Below, in pieces: positions 1 through 12,600 of a stretch of 64,000 nucleotides of DNA. Source of the DNA: Atractiella rhizophila (lineage: Eukaryota); NCBI GenBank assembly GCA_021432655.1, contig MU271288.1, forward strand, positions 1-64,000, given 5' to 3'. The notes under the pieces were generated by a model, which did no database searches, was not told the DNA's origin, and was given only the letters and a program-made list of their open reading frames with translations. The position numbers and the translations under genes are program-made. How positions within the stretch are numbered: position 1 is the first letter of the stretch; each line of letters opens with the position of its first letter.

Positions 1-53
1 CCCTAACCCTAACCCTAACCCTAACCCTAACCCTAACCCTAACCCTAACCCTA
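1..53 (+). repeat. Telomeric repeat (CCCTAA)n, chromosome end
   Basis: Eight perfect CCCTAA units plus CCCTA at the very start of the window. Confidence 0.95.
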
Positions 54-3000
54 TTCCTCAAGAGGTGCGGCCTGGAGCTACCAGACGCCACTCCAGAGAG
101 GTAAATTTGACTGTGCGACAGTTAGCATCAACGTTACTTCCCCAATGTGTGTTGCCCATGCCTCTACTTATAATGTTGTAAAAGGTGTTACAGTCCGATT
201 GGCCCTTCGCCGAGTTTTGAACTCCAATATTGCAACCAATCCCAGCATGCTGCAATCCTGGCCACAAAATCGAATCCCCTTCATTTCGCCGTCACTCATC
301 AGCCACTTGCGGTTCGATACTTCAAACAATACTACAAGATGGTGCTCGAAGACGATTTACGCACGGAATATCGCTTTGAAGAGGACAAGAATGTGTGTAT
401 GATCACGGGGGTCATTAAATCACAGGATTGGCTTCATGCCGTGTTTCATCAGTCTGGGAGTAGCTTCGGTCTTAATGTAGGGGTTCAACCTGCCGGCTTC
501 GAGTTAAGTCGTGATTATGGCAATATCTCTGGGCCATCCGTGTTGACTGGACCTACCACACATGAACCACGTTCGTTTGCAGTACAAGCTCAGTAAGCGT
601 TTTCTGACCATGTCGCAGGAGAAGGAATCTTCTCTATCCCCGAGAACCTTCGAAGCAATCATGGCCTCAAAGTCGGGGATCAATCACTGTTTATTAGCAG
701 AGTAACTTTCAAGGGTAGACTGTTACCTCGCTTGCTAAAAGCTGGTGGCTCAAGACCACCATCGCCATCCGCAGGACCTGCAGATAAAAGTTTGGATGAA
801 ATTTGCAGTGATGAATCGAGGGAAAGATTGGCGCGTGCCATTTTCATTCAATCCTTGCGATTCCATTAATTTTTATTAGGTTCCAGATCCTCTTGACGTT
901 CTTCTTGAGGCGATGTTGACAGTTTGTAGTTCTGTTCAGAAAGTTTCCTTCCACTCATGAATCCCAACAGTTGCGTCCTGATACCGTAGTTGCTATTGCC
1001 TCGGACAACGACGTGCAATCTGTTTGTGGAAAGGTATGTTGCCTGCACAATGATATCATGGTGACTGATGTGAGCGGTAGGCTCGTTGGACGTTCATATA
1101 TGCGGAGTGGACAATTCAAAAAGCGATGCAGCTGTTACAATCGTGCGCTGACTGCATGGAAAAGGAAGACCAAGGTGATCTCACTCCATTCCACTTGGTT
1201 GAATGAATGGAGATTCATATCAATGGTTCTTTGTAGTACTGACCTTAAACTTCGAATCACCACACTGGGAGGAGTTATCCGACGAGGGCTCGGAACAGGA
1301 TACGAGGCAATTGATTGACGCAGCTAATACAGGGCCCATGCCTACCCTCAGCAATGATTTCACTCGATCTACAGAAGATGAGCACGCTATAACACCCGCT
1401 CCAAAACCACCACTAGCACCGATTGGAGGAGAACAAAGCTTAGACGTGCAAGAATTAAGCGGGTGAGCGATCATTGATAACAACTTGAATGACCTGAGTG
1501 ACGGTTTTTACAGCTCTGGTGTGAGACTAGAAATAGATATGGTCAGCAAGAGCTACTCCACTGTTGCCACTGTTGCCGGTGTCGGTATTGATTGAGGTTC
1601 CAACCAGGTGTATAAGCAGGACCTAGCCAGGATCCATCATGTGGGCCACTCTGCCATAGGGTTTTCTCTTTCGCTAGATTTCAATGGCTCCGAGCGTCTC
1701 AACATTACCAAACTTTATGTCAAAGTCACTCTCACTCTTCTTGATAATGGAAGGTGGGACAGTTTTCTATGCATACAGTCCATGTTTCCGCCTCCAAAAC
1801 TGTAAAGGCAAATTTCCTTTCTGCTTAGCCAAACTGACAATACAAATATTGTAGAGGCACGATAGGGTCAAATCCAGCGGATGCCACAATTGCTTATCCG
1901 AGGGATTTTGAGGAAAGATTCGGAAAATATCGCACAGCATGGAGGTCTCCAGGACATAGTTACGACAACGAGGCAACCTGGTCTCTTACAGGTGACACCA
2001 TTCGTCATGCTACAACGGACCGATTGCTGAAGTTGACATATTGACAGGCGAACATTTGACAGCTCCGTCTGGTTTTTCCTTAGTCGTCAGAGGGGACGTC
2101 GATTTTGCTATCACTGTCGAGGCTAGAGCTTTTTCTTCCACTGGAGGCGTGCTCTACTTTAACAAACTGGCTGCAGAGCGAACCCTAAGCTTCTCATCAT
2201 ATCCCTGTTGGAGCAAAGACTGGTCTGAACCTGACAACATATCTAGTTGGTTTGCCACAAAGGATGTTGCGTCGCATTGGGTTTAAACAAAAAGATTATC
2301 GGAATTGTACAACTTACCAAGTCAAAATGCTCTGCTTCGCCTGTCTTCTCTAATAGTCTTCCATGGTTCTATTCAAGATTGCTCCTGACTAAACCGCATG
2401 GCGAAGAGTCTTGTCTCTCGAGTCTCGAGGTGTCATAGGAATGTTCATGATACATCAACAAAAGAAACTCGACAGCAACATGCTTGAAATCGATGATGGA
2501 GATGCTCGTCGACCTGGAGGTGTGAATAGCATAAATCTGATGACAAGTTTGTCAGGTCCGATCAAGCAGTAGCACCTCTTGATCCCTCTTTCTTCTCAAA
2601 CCCAACGAAGGAGCAGCTCTGGTTGTTCTTTTCAATACTGTTTTTCAGACCATGTTTATTATGTCAACTGAAAGCTGATGGTGGGCGTGCTCATGCTCAG
2701 CATGAATTCTTTTATCGAGGGGTTCACATCCTCAGATCCATCCTCTTGCCTTTAATGTCATGCTATCCCGAGTTTCTACTTGACTATGAACCTTAGAACG
2801 GGTTGATTGATTTGTTGTTCCTCCAACATTGCACGAAATATTGGTCGGTCAATAATGCAAGCTGATGGGACAACTTTAATCGTTAATTGTTGGCATGACA
2901 CGGCTTTCATGATAACACTCATACTACTTTGTTGACACCAGAACCTTAACAGACCCAGATCCTTAACACCACATATTAATGTCCCTCAAAATTCACTCCA

Positions 3001-3426
3001 GCCCTTAGATATTCTGGATTCAAGATCTTTGCACCTGTGTGCAGATTTTATCTCCAAACAGCGAGACCATTGCTTGTAATTGCTCAGAGATATCAATGTA
3101 AATATAGTGTTTCATAAAATCTGTGTTTTTCAAGTATCTATATGCAATTACTGGATCTTTTTCGCAATCTAAGAATTAGGTCAAGTCTTTCATATTCCAA
3201 ACACCCTTAATGATCTGGCTGCAAGTTACTGAAAGACAGCCTGTTGAAGGCAATTCAACTTGAGGAGGCGAAGTGCGCAAAATGTGCAAATTAGAGTTAA
3301 AGCGCACAGCATGACACGCTTTTGGGTCACATGCAAGCGGACCAACCACACTTGCTTCTCTTTGATTGTCTTCTTTGACACAATGTGACCTTCGGTCTTT
3401 CCCTCACACTTGCAACCATCCTCCAA

Positions 3427-3834
3427 ATGCCTCGTTGGAAGAAGAAAGGTCTGACAGAGGCTCAGGAGGTAGCAGCCCAGAAAGAAAAGGATTTTGTCGA
3501 GGCAGTAAATATTTATTGGGAAAGGAGAGAGGAGGCTAAGAGGACAAATAACCCGAAGTGTATCATCTCCTTCACAGAGCTATCGTGCTGGTACTCCTAT
3601 CCAAATGGCAAGGGAGGGATTGTTTACCTGAATTATGGTACACTGAGGCTGCGGTGTCAAGGAGGCTTTCGAAAGTCATGAGCATCAGAGGCTGCTCAGT
3701 GCTGGAGAAGAAGATGCCCTTGACAGCTGGCTTCGATGGGTTGGTGATTTACGCCTACCTCTTCACCGGAGAGGCTTTAACTTAGTGGTCAAGAAGGTTA
3801 TTGGAAGAATACCAGCGAAGAAGTGGTATGCTTC
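3427..3834 (+). pseudogene. Degenerate Tc1/pogo-like transposase N-terminus (HTH/CENP-B-like), interrupted by the copia insertion
   Basis: MPRWKK..FVEAVNIY..YGTLRLR then, after a stop/frameshift, EEDALDSWL..LPLHR..IGRIPAKKWY, resembling pogo HTH regions. Cut at the GCTTC TSD. Confidence 0.45.
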
Positions 3835-4021
3835 TGTTGTCGTTCATGATTCATCCTGCCATCTCATTTGAGTGGCAATTCTCGAACGTTCCCTTTTGCC
3901 ACAAGTTCTCGTTTTGTCTTATCTTACTTTTTCTTGAAAAGTTCTAGAACGACTGTCTCACAAGTATATAAAGACTGAGAAAATAGCGAAATAATAATTG
4001 CAGTTTTACTAAATAACAACA
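3835..4021 (+). repeat. 5' LTR of copia element 1
   Basis: TG..CA ends, TATATAAA box, direct repeat of 8258-8444. Confidence 0.95.
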
Positions 4022-4128
4022 GGTTATGAGCCCAATGAGCTCATAGACACAAAACAGCACCCTACCAGCCAAGCACGAAAGAAACACGCACGACACAACC
4101 AATCCCCCGCTAGCAGCCCCACGTAACC

Positions 4129-7100
4129 ATGTCGGAGTCCTTTAACGCGTTTAAGATCGAACCGCTGAAGTCGAATAACTGGGTGGCGTACAAGAGACGC
4201 ATCACAGCCGTTCTGCGAGAACTCGATTTGTTAGACTATGTTAACGGAAAAAAGAAAAGACCTACACCAGCCGTGGTGAAAGGCGGAGAAGGTGCAGAAG
4301 ACACCATATCGAACCAAGACGAGATCGACGCATGGGAGACAAAGGACGCCAAGGCCCAGACGCGCATCGAGTTGACGATAACCGATGGCGAGCTGATCCA
4401 TTTGGCAGGTGCGAAGACGGCGGCAGAGATGTGGACGCAGTTATGTGCAGTAAAAGAGGCGAAGGGGATAATGGGGATCCTAGCGGCGAGGCGGCGGTTG
4501 TATCGCTCGTACGCTGAGGAAGGGTTCAGCATGGTTGAACATATATCGGCATTTAGAGGAATACAGGAGGAACTTGCCTTAATGGGAGACACCCTTAAGG
4601 ATGACGACTTTGCCTTCCTTCTCATTACATCCCTTCTCGAAAGTTGGGACACCTTCACTTCCGCCTATTTCGGCGCGAACTTATCCTCCCATGAACTATC
4701 GGCATTGCTGATCGAAGAGGAGAGGCGGAGAAAGGAGAAGTCGGGAGCGCTCGAAACAGCGCTGTTCGTGAAGGGAAAAAGAACATTGAAACCGAAAACC
4801 GGAAGTGGTGGGGAAAAGTCGGATATCGAGTGTTTTAACTGCCACAAGAAAGGGCATGTTAGAGCTGATTCCTGGGCCAAAGGAGGAGGAAAAGAAGGCC
4901 AAGGACCACGAAACAATAATGGAAGAAGAAAGGAAAAGGCGTACCAAGGAACCTCACGAACGTCTGATGTCAACAACACACTCACCGACTCCGCATTCAA
5001 TGTGCAGGAGCATTTCGATAGCACGCTCTCCAAGAGCGTGTGGCTCCCTGATTCTGGAACAACATCGCATATCAGTAACGACTTAACGGGTTTCATCAAA
5101 GAAAGCCGCATACCTCTTTCGAATTTCAAGATTCATGGCCTCTCCAAAACCCCCATCGAAGCGACTATGCGTGGAACGTATGAACTACCTGTCAAAGCAG
5201 GCGATCAGACTGCCGTTATGACGCTCAAAGAAACCTTGTACGCACCTTCAGCCCCCAACAGCCTCCTCTCCATCAGTCGACTCAACAACGCTGGCGGCAA
5301 AGGCGTCTTCGGAGGAGGAAAGGTGCAGCTGTTCAACAAGAATGATCAGTTGTTGGGAGAAGGAAGGAAGAAAGGAAACTTATACTTACTGGAAACAGTT
5401 GAAAGAGGGGGTGAGAAAGCGATGACGGCGGAAGGGAGACTTGCACGAACGTGGGACGAGTGGCACCGCGTGTTCGGCCACATCAACTCGAAGACTTTGG
5501 AGGAGCTGCATAGAAAAGGGTTAGTGGAAGGAATGGAAGTGGATGAGAGCAGCTCACCTTTGCAGTGCGAGGCCTGCATCCAAGCGAAACAGGCACATGG
5601 AGCCTACCCACAAGAAGCGTCAACGCGATCGGAGACGCCAGGAGAACTCACTTACTCAGATGTGTGGGGACCTTCTCGCGTTCCCTCATATGGCGGATCC
5701 CGATACTACATCTCGTTCACGGACGATTGCACGCGGCGCAAAACCGTCCTCTTCATGTCCTCGAAGGATCAAGTGCTCGCGCGCATTCAAGCCTATGTCC
5801 ACCTCGTCGAGCGCAAGTACGAACGTACTCCGAAACGAATTCGCGTCGATCGAGGAACGGAATACCTAAACAGAAAAGTCAAGGACTGGTTAGAAAGAGA
5901 AAAAGGAATTAAGCTAGAACTCACCGCACCACACTCCCACCAACAACTTGGCGTTGCGGAACGAATGAACCGCACGTTGATCGAGCTCGCACGCGCGATG
6001 CTAATCGCAAAGAATCTCAGTCCAAAACTGTGGGCTGAAGCAGTCAAACATGCGGCTTACCTTAGGAACCGGTTGCTCACCTGAGCTCTCAAGGAGGAGA
6101 CTCCTCACCAAGCCTGGACCTCGAAAAAACCGAAAGTGGAGCACCTTGAAGAGTTTGGAGCGGATGTATGGGTGTTGGATGAAAGGCTAGAAAGATCAAA
6201 GTTAGATCCGAAGTAGTTTTTGTTGGGTATGAAGATGGTCCCAAAGCAATAAAGTACTTCAATCCTCGAAACGGAAAGGTCCTCGTCTCTCGCAACTATG
6301 TCTTTAAAGACTCAAATGGAAAAGAGATTGAAATCCCGACAGAACCGATTCCAATGATCACAGAAACGCAAGGAGAGAACATACCAGCTTCCCCGAATGC
6401 CCCAGATCCACCTCCAGCACTCTCAACCCAAGAACCATCCACGCAAGTCAAAATCCCAACGGCGGACGCAGCGAGAACGAGAAGCGAAACCTATGAATCA
6501 GGATTAGGAAAAAGAGCAAGACCTGAAATAGACTACTATACCTTGAACTACGGGAAAGCGAGGCCAAAGCCTCGAGCCAAACCAGCAACGTCTCCATTGT
6601 CCACAGCGCCAACTCAACCATGCGAGGCGCAAACAGTGGCAACCGATGCCGCCAACTTCGCATTTGCCTTTGCAACCTCGATCGCGTTGAACGACGACCC
6701 TGCCAGTTACGACGAAGCAAAGCAATTGGAAGACCATAAGCAGTGGGAGGCTGCGATGGAAGATGAAATTAATCAGTTGAAAAATTATGGAACTTGGAGA
6801 AAAGATCTGGTGGACTTACCGGAGGGAAGAAAAGCAATAGGATCTAAGTGGGTATATCGTCACAAGAGAGATGAAAAGGGGAGAGTAAAGCGCTACAAAG
6901 CGAGGCTAGTAGCACACGGATTCAGTCAGATCCCAGAGCAGGATTTCAACCAGACCTTTGCCCCTGTGGCTCGGTTAGAATCCTTGCGAGCTATTATCGC
7001 ACTTGCAGCAATTAGGGGATGGAAAATACATCTTATGGATGCTATCGGAGCTTATCTTAATGGAGAGTTGGAGAAAGAGCTCGAGCTGTACATGAAACAG

Positions 7101-8250
7101 CCTCCCGGATTCGATGATGGCTCAGAAAGGGTCCTGAAGCTTGTAAAAGGACTTTACGGGCTCAAGCAAGCCGGAAGAATATGGAATATACGACTTAACA
7201 AAGCTCTGACAGAGCTTGGATTCATGAGAGCGAACGCAGACCACTGTGTCTATGTCAGAAGACGAGAAAACCAAATAATTGTCCTCCTAGTTTGGGTGGA
7301 TGACATTGTCATTATCGGCGATGATGATGATGAGATTGCAGAAGTCAAAAGACAATTCAGCAAGTCTTTGACGGGACAGACCAAGGAGAAGGAAATCTAC
7401 TTCTTGGAATACAAACTATACGAACCAATGGAACCATCGCCTTATCGCAGACAAGCTACATTGAATCGATGCTTGCGAAGTACCGTTTGCAAGACGCTAA
7501 ACCGGTACCCACTCCGCTTGATACCAATGCCAAGCTACTCCCCAACGAAGAAGAAATCAATTTCGAAGCCCAGAAGCTGTATCAAGCGGCGATTGGCTCA
7601 CTCATGTACGCCGCGCTTGCCACACAACCCGACATTGCATTTGCAGTTCAAACCCTCTCCCAACTCTCCTCAAACCCGAATTCAAAGCACTGGACAGCAG
7701 TCAAACGAGTCTTCCAATACCTCAAAACGACGAAGGACTTCGCACTCACTTATGGAGGAGAAGGAGGAGGGATTAGCGAAGTTGTGGGATTTACGGATGC
7801 CGATGGAAATTCAAGTGAGGCAAACGGGAGGAAAGCCATCTCTGGGTATGTCTATTTACTTTCAGGGGGTGCGATATCTTGGTCTGCGAAGAAACAGACG
7901 ACGACGGCACTCTCAACGACGGAGGCCGAATATGTTGCCCTCTCACACACTGCACGTGAAGCAATTTGGCTACGAAAGCTCTTTGCGGACTTAGGATTTC
8001 AGAAAAACGAACCAACGGCTCTCTTCTGCGACAATCAAGGAGCGTTCGCCTTAGCCCACAACCCGAATTTCATCGTCAGACTAAACACCTCGACATTATA
8101 CATCACTTCATCTGCGATCACGTCGAACTTGGATCAATCGCGGTCTCTTACGTTCCAACGGAAGAAAACTTGGCGGATATTCTTACGAAGGCATTGGCAA
8201 GACCGAAGGTGGAGAAATTAGGCGAGGAGATGGGATTGATGGCAGTCTGA
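4129..8250 (+). pseudogene. Copia gag-pol polyprotein with an in-frame stop and frameshifts
   Basis: Zn knuckle CFNCHKKGHVRADS (last C lost), protease DSGTTSH, GAG-pre-integrase WHRVFGH..CEAC, integrase SDVWGP/DRGTEY/AERMNRT, RT YKARLVA/LYGLKQ/WVDD, RNase H STTEAEY/ENLADILTK. TGA at 6082-6084 and frameshifts near 6200, 7360 and 8070. Confidence 0.93.
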
Positions 8251-8257
8251 GGGGGTG

Positions 8258-8444
8258 TGTTGTCGTTCATGATTCATCCTGCCATCTCACTTGAGTGGTA
8301 ATTCTAGAACGTTCCCTTTTGCCACAAGTTCTCATTTTGTCTTATCTTACTTTTCCTTGAAAAGTTCTAGAACGACTGTCTCACAAGTATATAAAGACTG
8401 AGAAAATAGCGAAATAATAATTGCAGTTTTACTAAATAACAACA
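8258..8444 (+). repeat. 3' LTR of copia element 1
   Basis: Follows the PPT and is followed by TSD GCTTC. Confidence 0.95.
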
Positions 8445-8516
8445 GCTTCTCTCGATGTCTTACGACTTACCTTGCCTTTGCCTTACTGCAGCAGACCAGA
8501 GGCCTGTTGTCGTAAA

Positions 8517-8648
8517 CAGGCTGGGTGAGCCCTCGTCCCTCGGGGGGACCACATCGAGATTCTGCTGTTTTTCAATAAAAAGTGGTTGACTATCTGTTAG
8601 GAACATGCTGGGAGACAATCAGTGATTGTTACTCATAACACTTCTTTG
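8517..8648 (-). mobile_element. Helitron 3'-end remnant
   Basis: Reverse complement matches 21776-21840 (CAAAGAAGTGTTA..CAGCATGTTCCTAACAG..TAGTCAA) and the terminal CCCGAGGGACGAGGGC motif of the Helitron at about 22036-22051; ends CCTG|T. Confidence 0.75.
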
Positions 8649-8934
8649 GAATCTGCACTATCCGTTAAATTGTGTGCAGGAACACATGGCTTTAAGAGTG
8701 ACAAAATGGCGGACCACCACCAAAAGCAAAATTAGTTCAAGTTCTCATATAACACCAATTACACCATCGCGCAAACACTTTACCTTGCAAGCTTATTTAA
8801 GTAGCTAAGGAAAATTTTGCTAAAATGCCAAAGTCAAGTCAATCATGAAGACAATTATTTTTGTCCTTTAAATAAGCTTTGTTGTATACGGTTCGAAAGG
8901 TGCTGACACGCGTATTCTGGTGGTATGCTCAGAC

Positions 8935-9020
8935 TACTGGCAGGGTTGTTGTGGGTGGTGAGAGAAGTGCTCAAAAGTACATACGTGAGTCATGCTAAAA
9001 ACCCGTCGTGCTTTATATAT
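8935..9020 (+). repeat. 86-bp direct repeat, left copy (putative long TSD)
   Basis: Matches 10702-10787 with 2 mismatches. Confidence 0.9.
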
Positions 9021-10701
9021 GGGGGGGTTTAAGAATGGATTGGCAGGAGATGAGTACGACTACGACTACAAGTTATCTGTGTAAGAAATCAGACCAAACA
9101 AGAAGTGTCTGATAGGCTACGGAGGAGAAAGCACTATTTCTATAACCAATGATAGCATCTAAGAGAGAGGAGTTGGGAATAGAGGGAAGAGGCACTTTGG
9201 AAAAGAAAGAGAGATCCGTGAAGGGAGAATTAGCAGAAGAAAAGAAACCTAAGGATGAAATCAAACAGCTAACATGACCACGAGAAAAAGGGAGACCACA
9301 AGAGCAAGGGCGGTTGAATCCGAAACATCCCACCCTCCACTTGATGACAAGCCTCCGCAAGGCATCATCAGGAATAAGGAGAATCCTGTCCACGAGAGAA
9401 GCCGTCCGCTGGAGAGGCGAGATGAGGGAACCTAGCGTGCCAACAAGCTCAGATGAGCTCAGAAGGCGAAGCCGTTCGCGACGAAGGAATGCCTGAAGTG
9501 TGAGAACGTAACCGTTGACCTCCTCGTTGGCCTGAGCATTGAGAAAGCGAGCAAACAGTTCCCAAGACTGGATTTGTGGCACCATGTCTGAGCTAGTGGG
9601 AGCGGTTGGCCAGGGGGACACAACGAGGGGGAGGGCTGGGTTGAAGCGGGAAAGGGAGCGGAGGTGAGGTGTGAGCCAGCACCAAGCTGACGGAAGCGCT
9701 CGCGAGGGGGAAGTAGGCCTGTGGCGGAGCATGCGACTTTCCAACAGTTAGTGGATACCCCAGCTATCCAGGAGACTGCAAGTTTGAAGTGCTGGGAGGC
9801 CGCCAGCATTCCGGGAGAGGAGGAGCGTCAACGCTCGTCGCAAACAATCCAGTAGTGAAAGAGTCCGCCCCCATAGTCTGAAATGGGACGAACGAAGGTG
9901 CGGTAAATGGCCAAGCACACTAGTTTGTTCCAACCATTCCCAACCACCTGGAGGCTCCTCAGGAAGCAGTCTTGCTTGTCCGACTTCTCCAAAAGCCAGG
10001 CCTCAAAGTCAATCCCGTTAGGACCCCGAGACATGCTGAGATACTTTGCGCTGCTGACCTGCTGAATTGGAGTGCCGTTGACACAAAGAGTGACAGGGAA
10101 GGGGGCAACAGCTTTACATTTTGGGATACTGAGCTTCATCCCGTTCTGATGAGACCACCTGCTAACTGTATCGAGCTGATGCTGGCCTTCATCGACAGTT
10201 TTGGGGATGCAGGCAATGTCATCTGCAAAGGAGGGAGCAGAGACAAGGGAAGAGGCATTTGGCGGGAGAGGAGAGGGCGACTGGGAGCTTGAGGGTGATG
10301 GCTGGGAGGCGAGGAGAGGAGAGGCAAGTGAGCGAGGGAGGAGCGGGTTAAGGAGGCAGACAAGTGGGTCAATGAAGAGATCAAAGAGCATGGGAATGAT
10401 CGGACCACCCTGTGGGTAGCCGCGATGAATGGCAATGGGAAGTTGGCGCTCGCCGTTGACTACGATTGTTGCCATAGCATTATGAGTGCAAAGTTGCCAG
10501 ACGAGCTCGCGTATAGCTGGTGGAGCACCTCGAGACTTGAAGTTGGCGTCGGCGATGTCGTGTCGAACTGACGGAAAGGCACGTTCGAAGTCCAGGAAGA
10601 TCGCAATAGGGCGCTGGTGAGACCGTACAGCAGAATCGACTATTAGCAAGTTTGATAAGCAAGAAAATCCGCGTTTAAAGCCGGCCTGAGCCATATAAGG
10701 A
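9021..10701 (-). mobile_element. 5'-truncated non-LTR (LINE-like) retrotransposon: RT plus C-terminal Cys/His motif
   Basis: QAGFKRGFS, FLDFERAFPSV, GYPQGGPIIPMLFDLFIDPL, FADD, YRTFVRPISDYG; downstream frame KWRVG..PCSCG..SRGHVSC, stop at 9073; short (GTAGTC)n in the 3' UTR. Confidence 0.88.
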
Positions 10702-10787
10702 TACTGGCAGGGTTGTTGTGGGTGGTGAGAGAAGTGCTCAAAAGTACATGTGTGAGTCATGCTAAAAACCCGTCGTGCTTTATATAT
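10702..10787 (+). repeat. 86-bp direct repeat, right copy (putative long TSD)
   Basis: Matches 8935-9020. Confidence 0.9.
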
Positions 10788-11443
10788 AAGGATAACTCTG
10801 TGAGTGGGACTCATCTTACTTAATTGTTTGACATGGCATTTGTAGCCCTCATGTCTTTGCTCCCAATAGCAGTGGTCCACACTTGTCCAGGCGAAATGAC
10901 GGTCGTGATCAGATCGACGCATACGTGCCTACAATTACTTTTTTCGTCTTCTTTTGTTTGTAATGCTATCCTTGCTATTTGTATTAATCTTCTTATTCCA
11001 ATCGTTATCCGCCTTTACCTCTTCATCCCACATCCTCTTGGCATCTTCGTCCGTCATATTTCGGCTACACAATATAAGCGCTCACATAATTACATCGACA
11101 CATTACACAATATATGATGCTGATGTTTGCAGGTCGGGGACTGGGGCCCTCACCACTGCGCTACGAAAAGCTGCTTAGCGAATGTTCGATAGCAGAGTCT
11201 GTTCGATGCATAGTCTGTTCGATGCATATGATGAGCTTCATCGGTCGCACTGGCCCGCAATTCAATGTGTGGGACCAACGCAACCGACGAGATATTTAGT
11301 ACAAATTTGCTGCTTAGTGCTTCCATTCCCCTTCAGATATCCACCATGGAGTCTGAATCTAAATTTTTCTGAGAATCCTTCGTATCAAACAAGGGAAAAA
11401 AAGGGAAAGGGAAAAAGGGGGGTAAAGGAAGACTCTGTCATCT

Positions 11444-12600
11444 TTGCTAGTTCCCGACCCCGACATACAAAACACAAAACCATCTGCGTTGAGAGAAGTA
11501 GCAACAGATATCACGTTGTCGCCTAACGTTCTATTCCCAGCGGTCGGCGAGAGAGACTGGGAGACATTACGAGCAGCTTCACATGAAGGAAGCTCATCGG
11601 CAAATCCCTTCAATGCAGGCTGGGGTCATCTTGGAAACAACGTGGCAACACCAGGTTCCGAAGTTGCGCCATCAACAAGAGGAAGCAGCTGTGGCTTGCC
11701 TCACATGTTCGAAGGTCTTGGAAATCTCCTGGTATATGCCCCTCAGATTATGGTCACAATTGCTAAATGGTTTTTGAGTAGAGACCATTTCTTTGGGACG
11801 TCATATGGGTGGACGGGTCACCGTTGTCGGCTCCCTCCGTTGAGGACCACCGCAATTAGAAAGTGCGTGCAGTGTTTCACCGTTGTCGGCAACTCACGTA
11901 CACTGCCTCAGGTGGAGTTCTCACATGCTCCGGGATTGGATGGCTATGTATCTACTGTTGTCACAGGGACGACTCTAATGGTTGACCATTGGGTTGCCGT
12001 TGAGGTGAAGTCGACTTCTAGATTATTAAGCTCATCTCAGTTTGCGACAGATAACTACGTCAGATGGCAGCAAATTTACGACCGAATTCTTAACAAATTC
12101 AAATGGAGTTCAAGATATATTCGTTCCCAGTTCATCATTCAGAGCAGAGGTTTGTCGTCACATTCTTTTACAAGGATCGCAAACAGAACTTTCTGTGTTC
12201 TGTTATCCAGGTTTCGGCGCTGGATGACATTATGGGTTATACCTGAGTCCGAAAGATCCATCAGTCAAATTATCGATCAATTCAACAACTTACAAAACCA
12301 CCTTCAGCTGTTCGACGATCCACTTTATGCTGATGTCGCTTTCGCTTTTGCAGGAGCGCACGGAAAGACCCTTAAGATATATAGATATATACAGCCAGTG
12401 AGCTCCTTCGAACTGCCAGCGAGTACTTCAACGATAGTCTGTCTATACTGGTTACTGCTTACAAAATGCTCACGTTCTCAAAGTGTTTACTTTCGGCGGT
12501 TTTGGTGGCGGATCCGGGTTGATTCGGGATGACGATTCGGATAGAGAACTTGACAAAGTGATTTTTGATCACCAATTGGTGGGTCGCACTCTCTGGAAGG
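11444..12600 (+). CDS. Hypothetical protein, possibly PD-(D/E)xK nuclease-like; exon structure unresolved
   Basis: 362-aa open frame containing PGLDGYV..WVAVEVKS..WQQIYDR. Confidence 0.3.

Larger units (their letters stand above)
3835..8444 (+). mobile_element. Full-length Ty1/copia LTR retrotransposon, inactivated
   Basis: 187-bp LTRs at 3835-4021 and 8258-8444 (TGTTG...CAACA, about 5 mismatches); TSD GCTTC at 3830-3834 and 8445-8449; PBS GGTTATGAGCCC at 4022-4033; PPT GAGGGGGTG at 8249-8257; domain order gag-PR-IN-RT-RH. Confidence 0.97.

Noticed and set aside
10702..10922. N-terminal part of the 364-aa RT ORF
   Set aside because: It reads through the 86-bp duplication and flank; not part of the RT.
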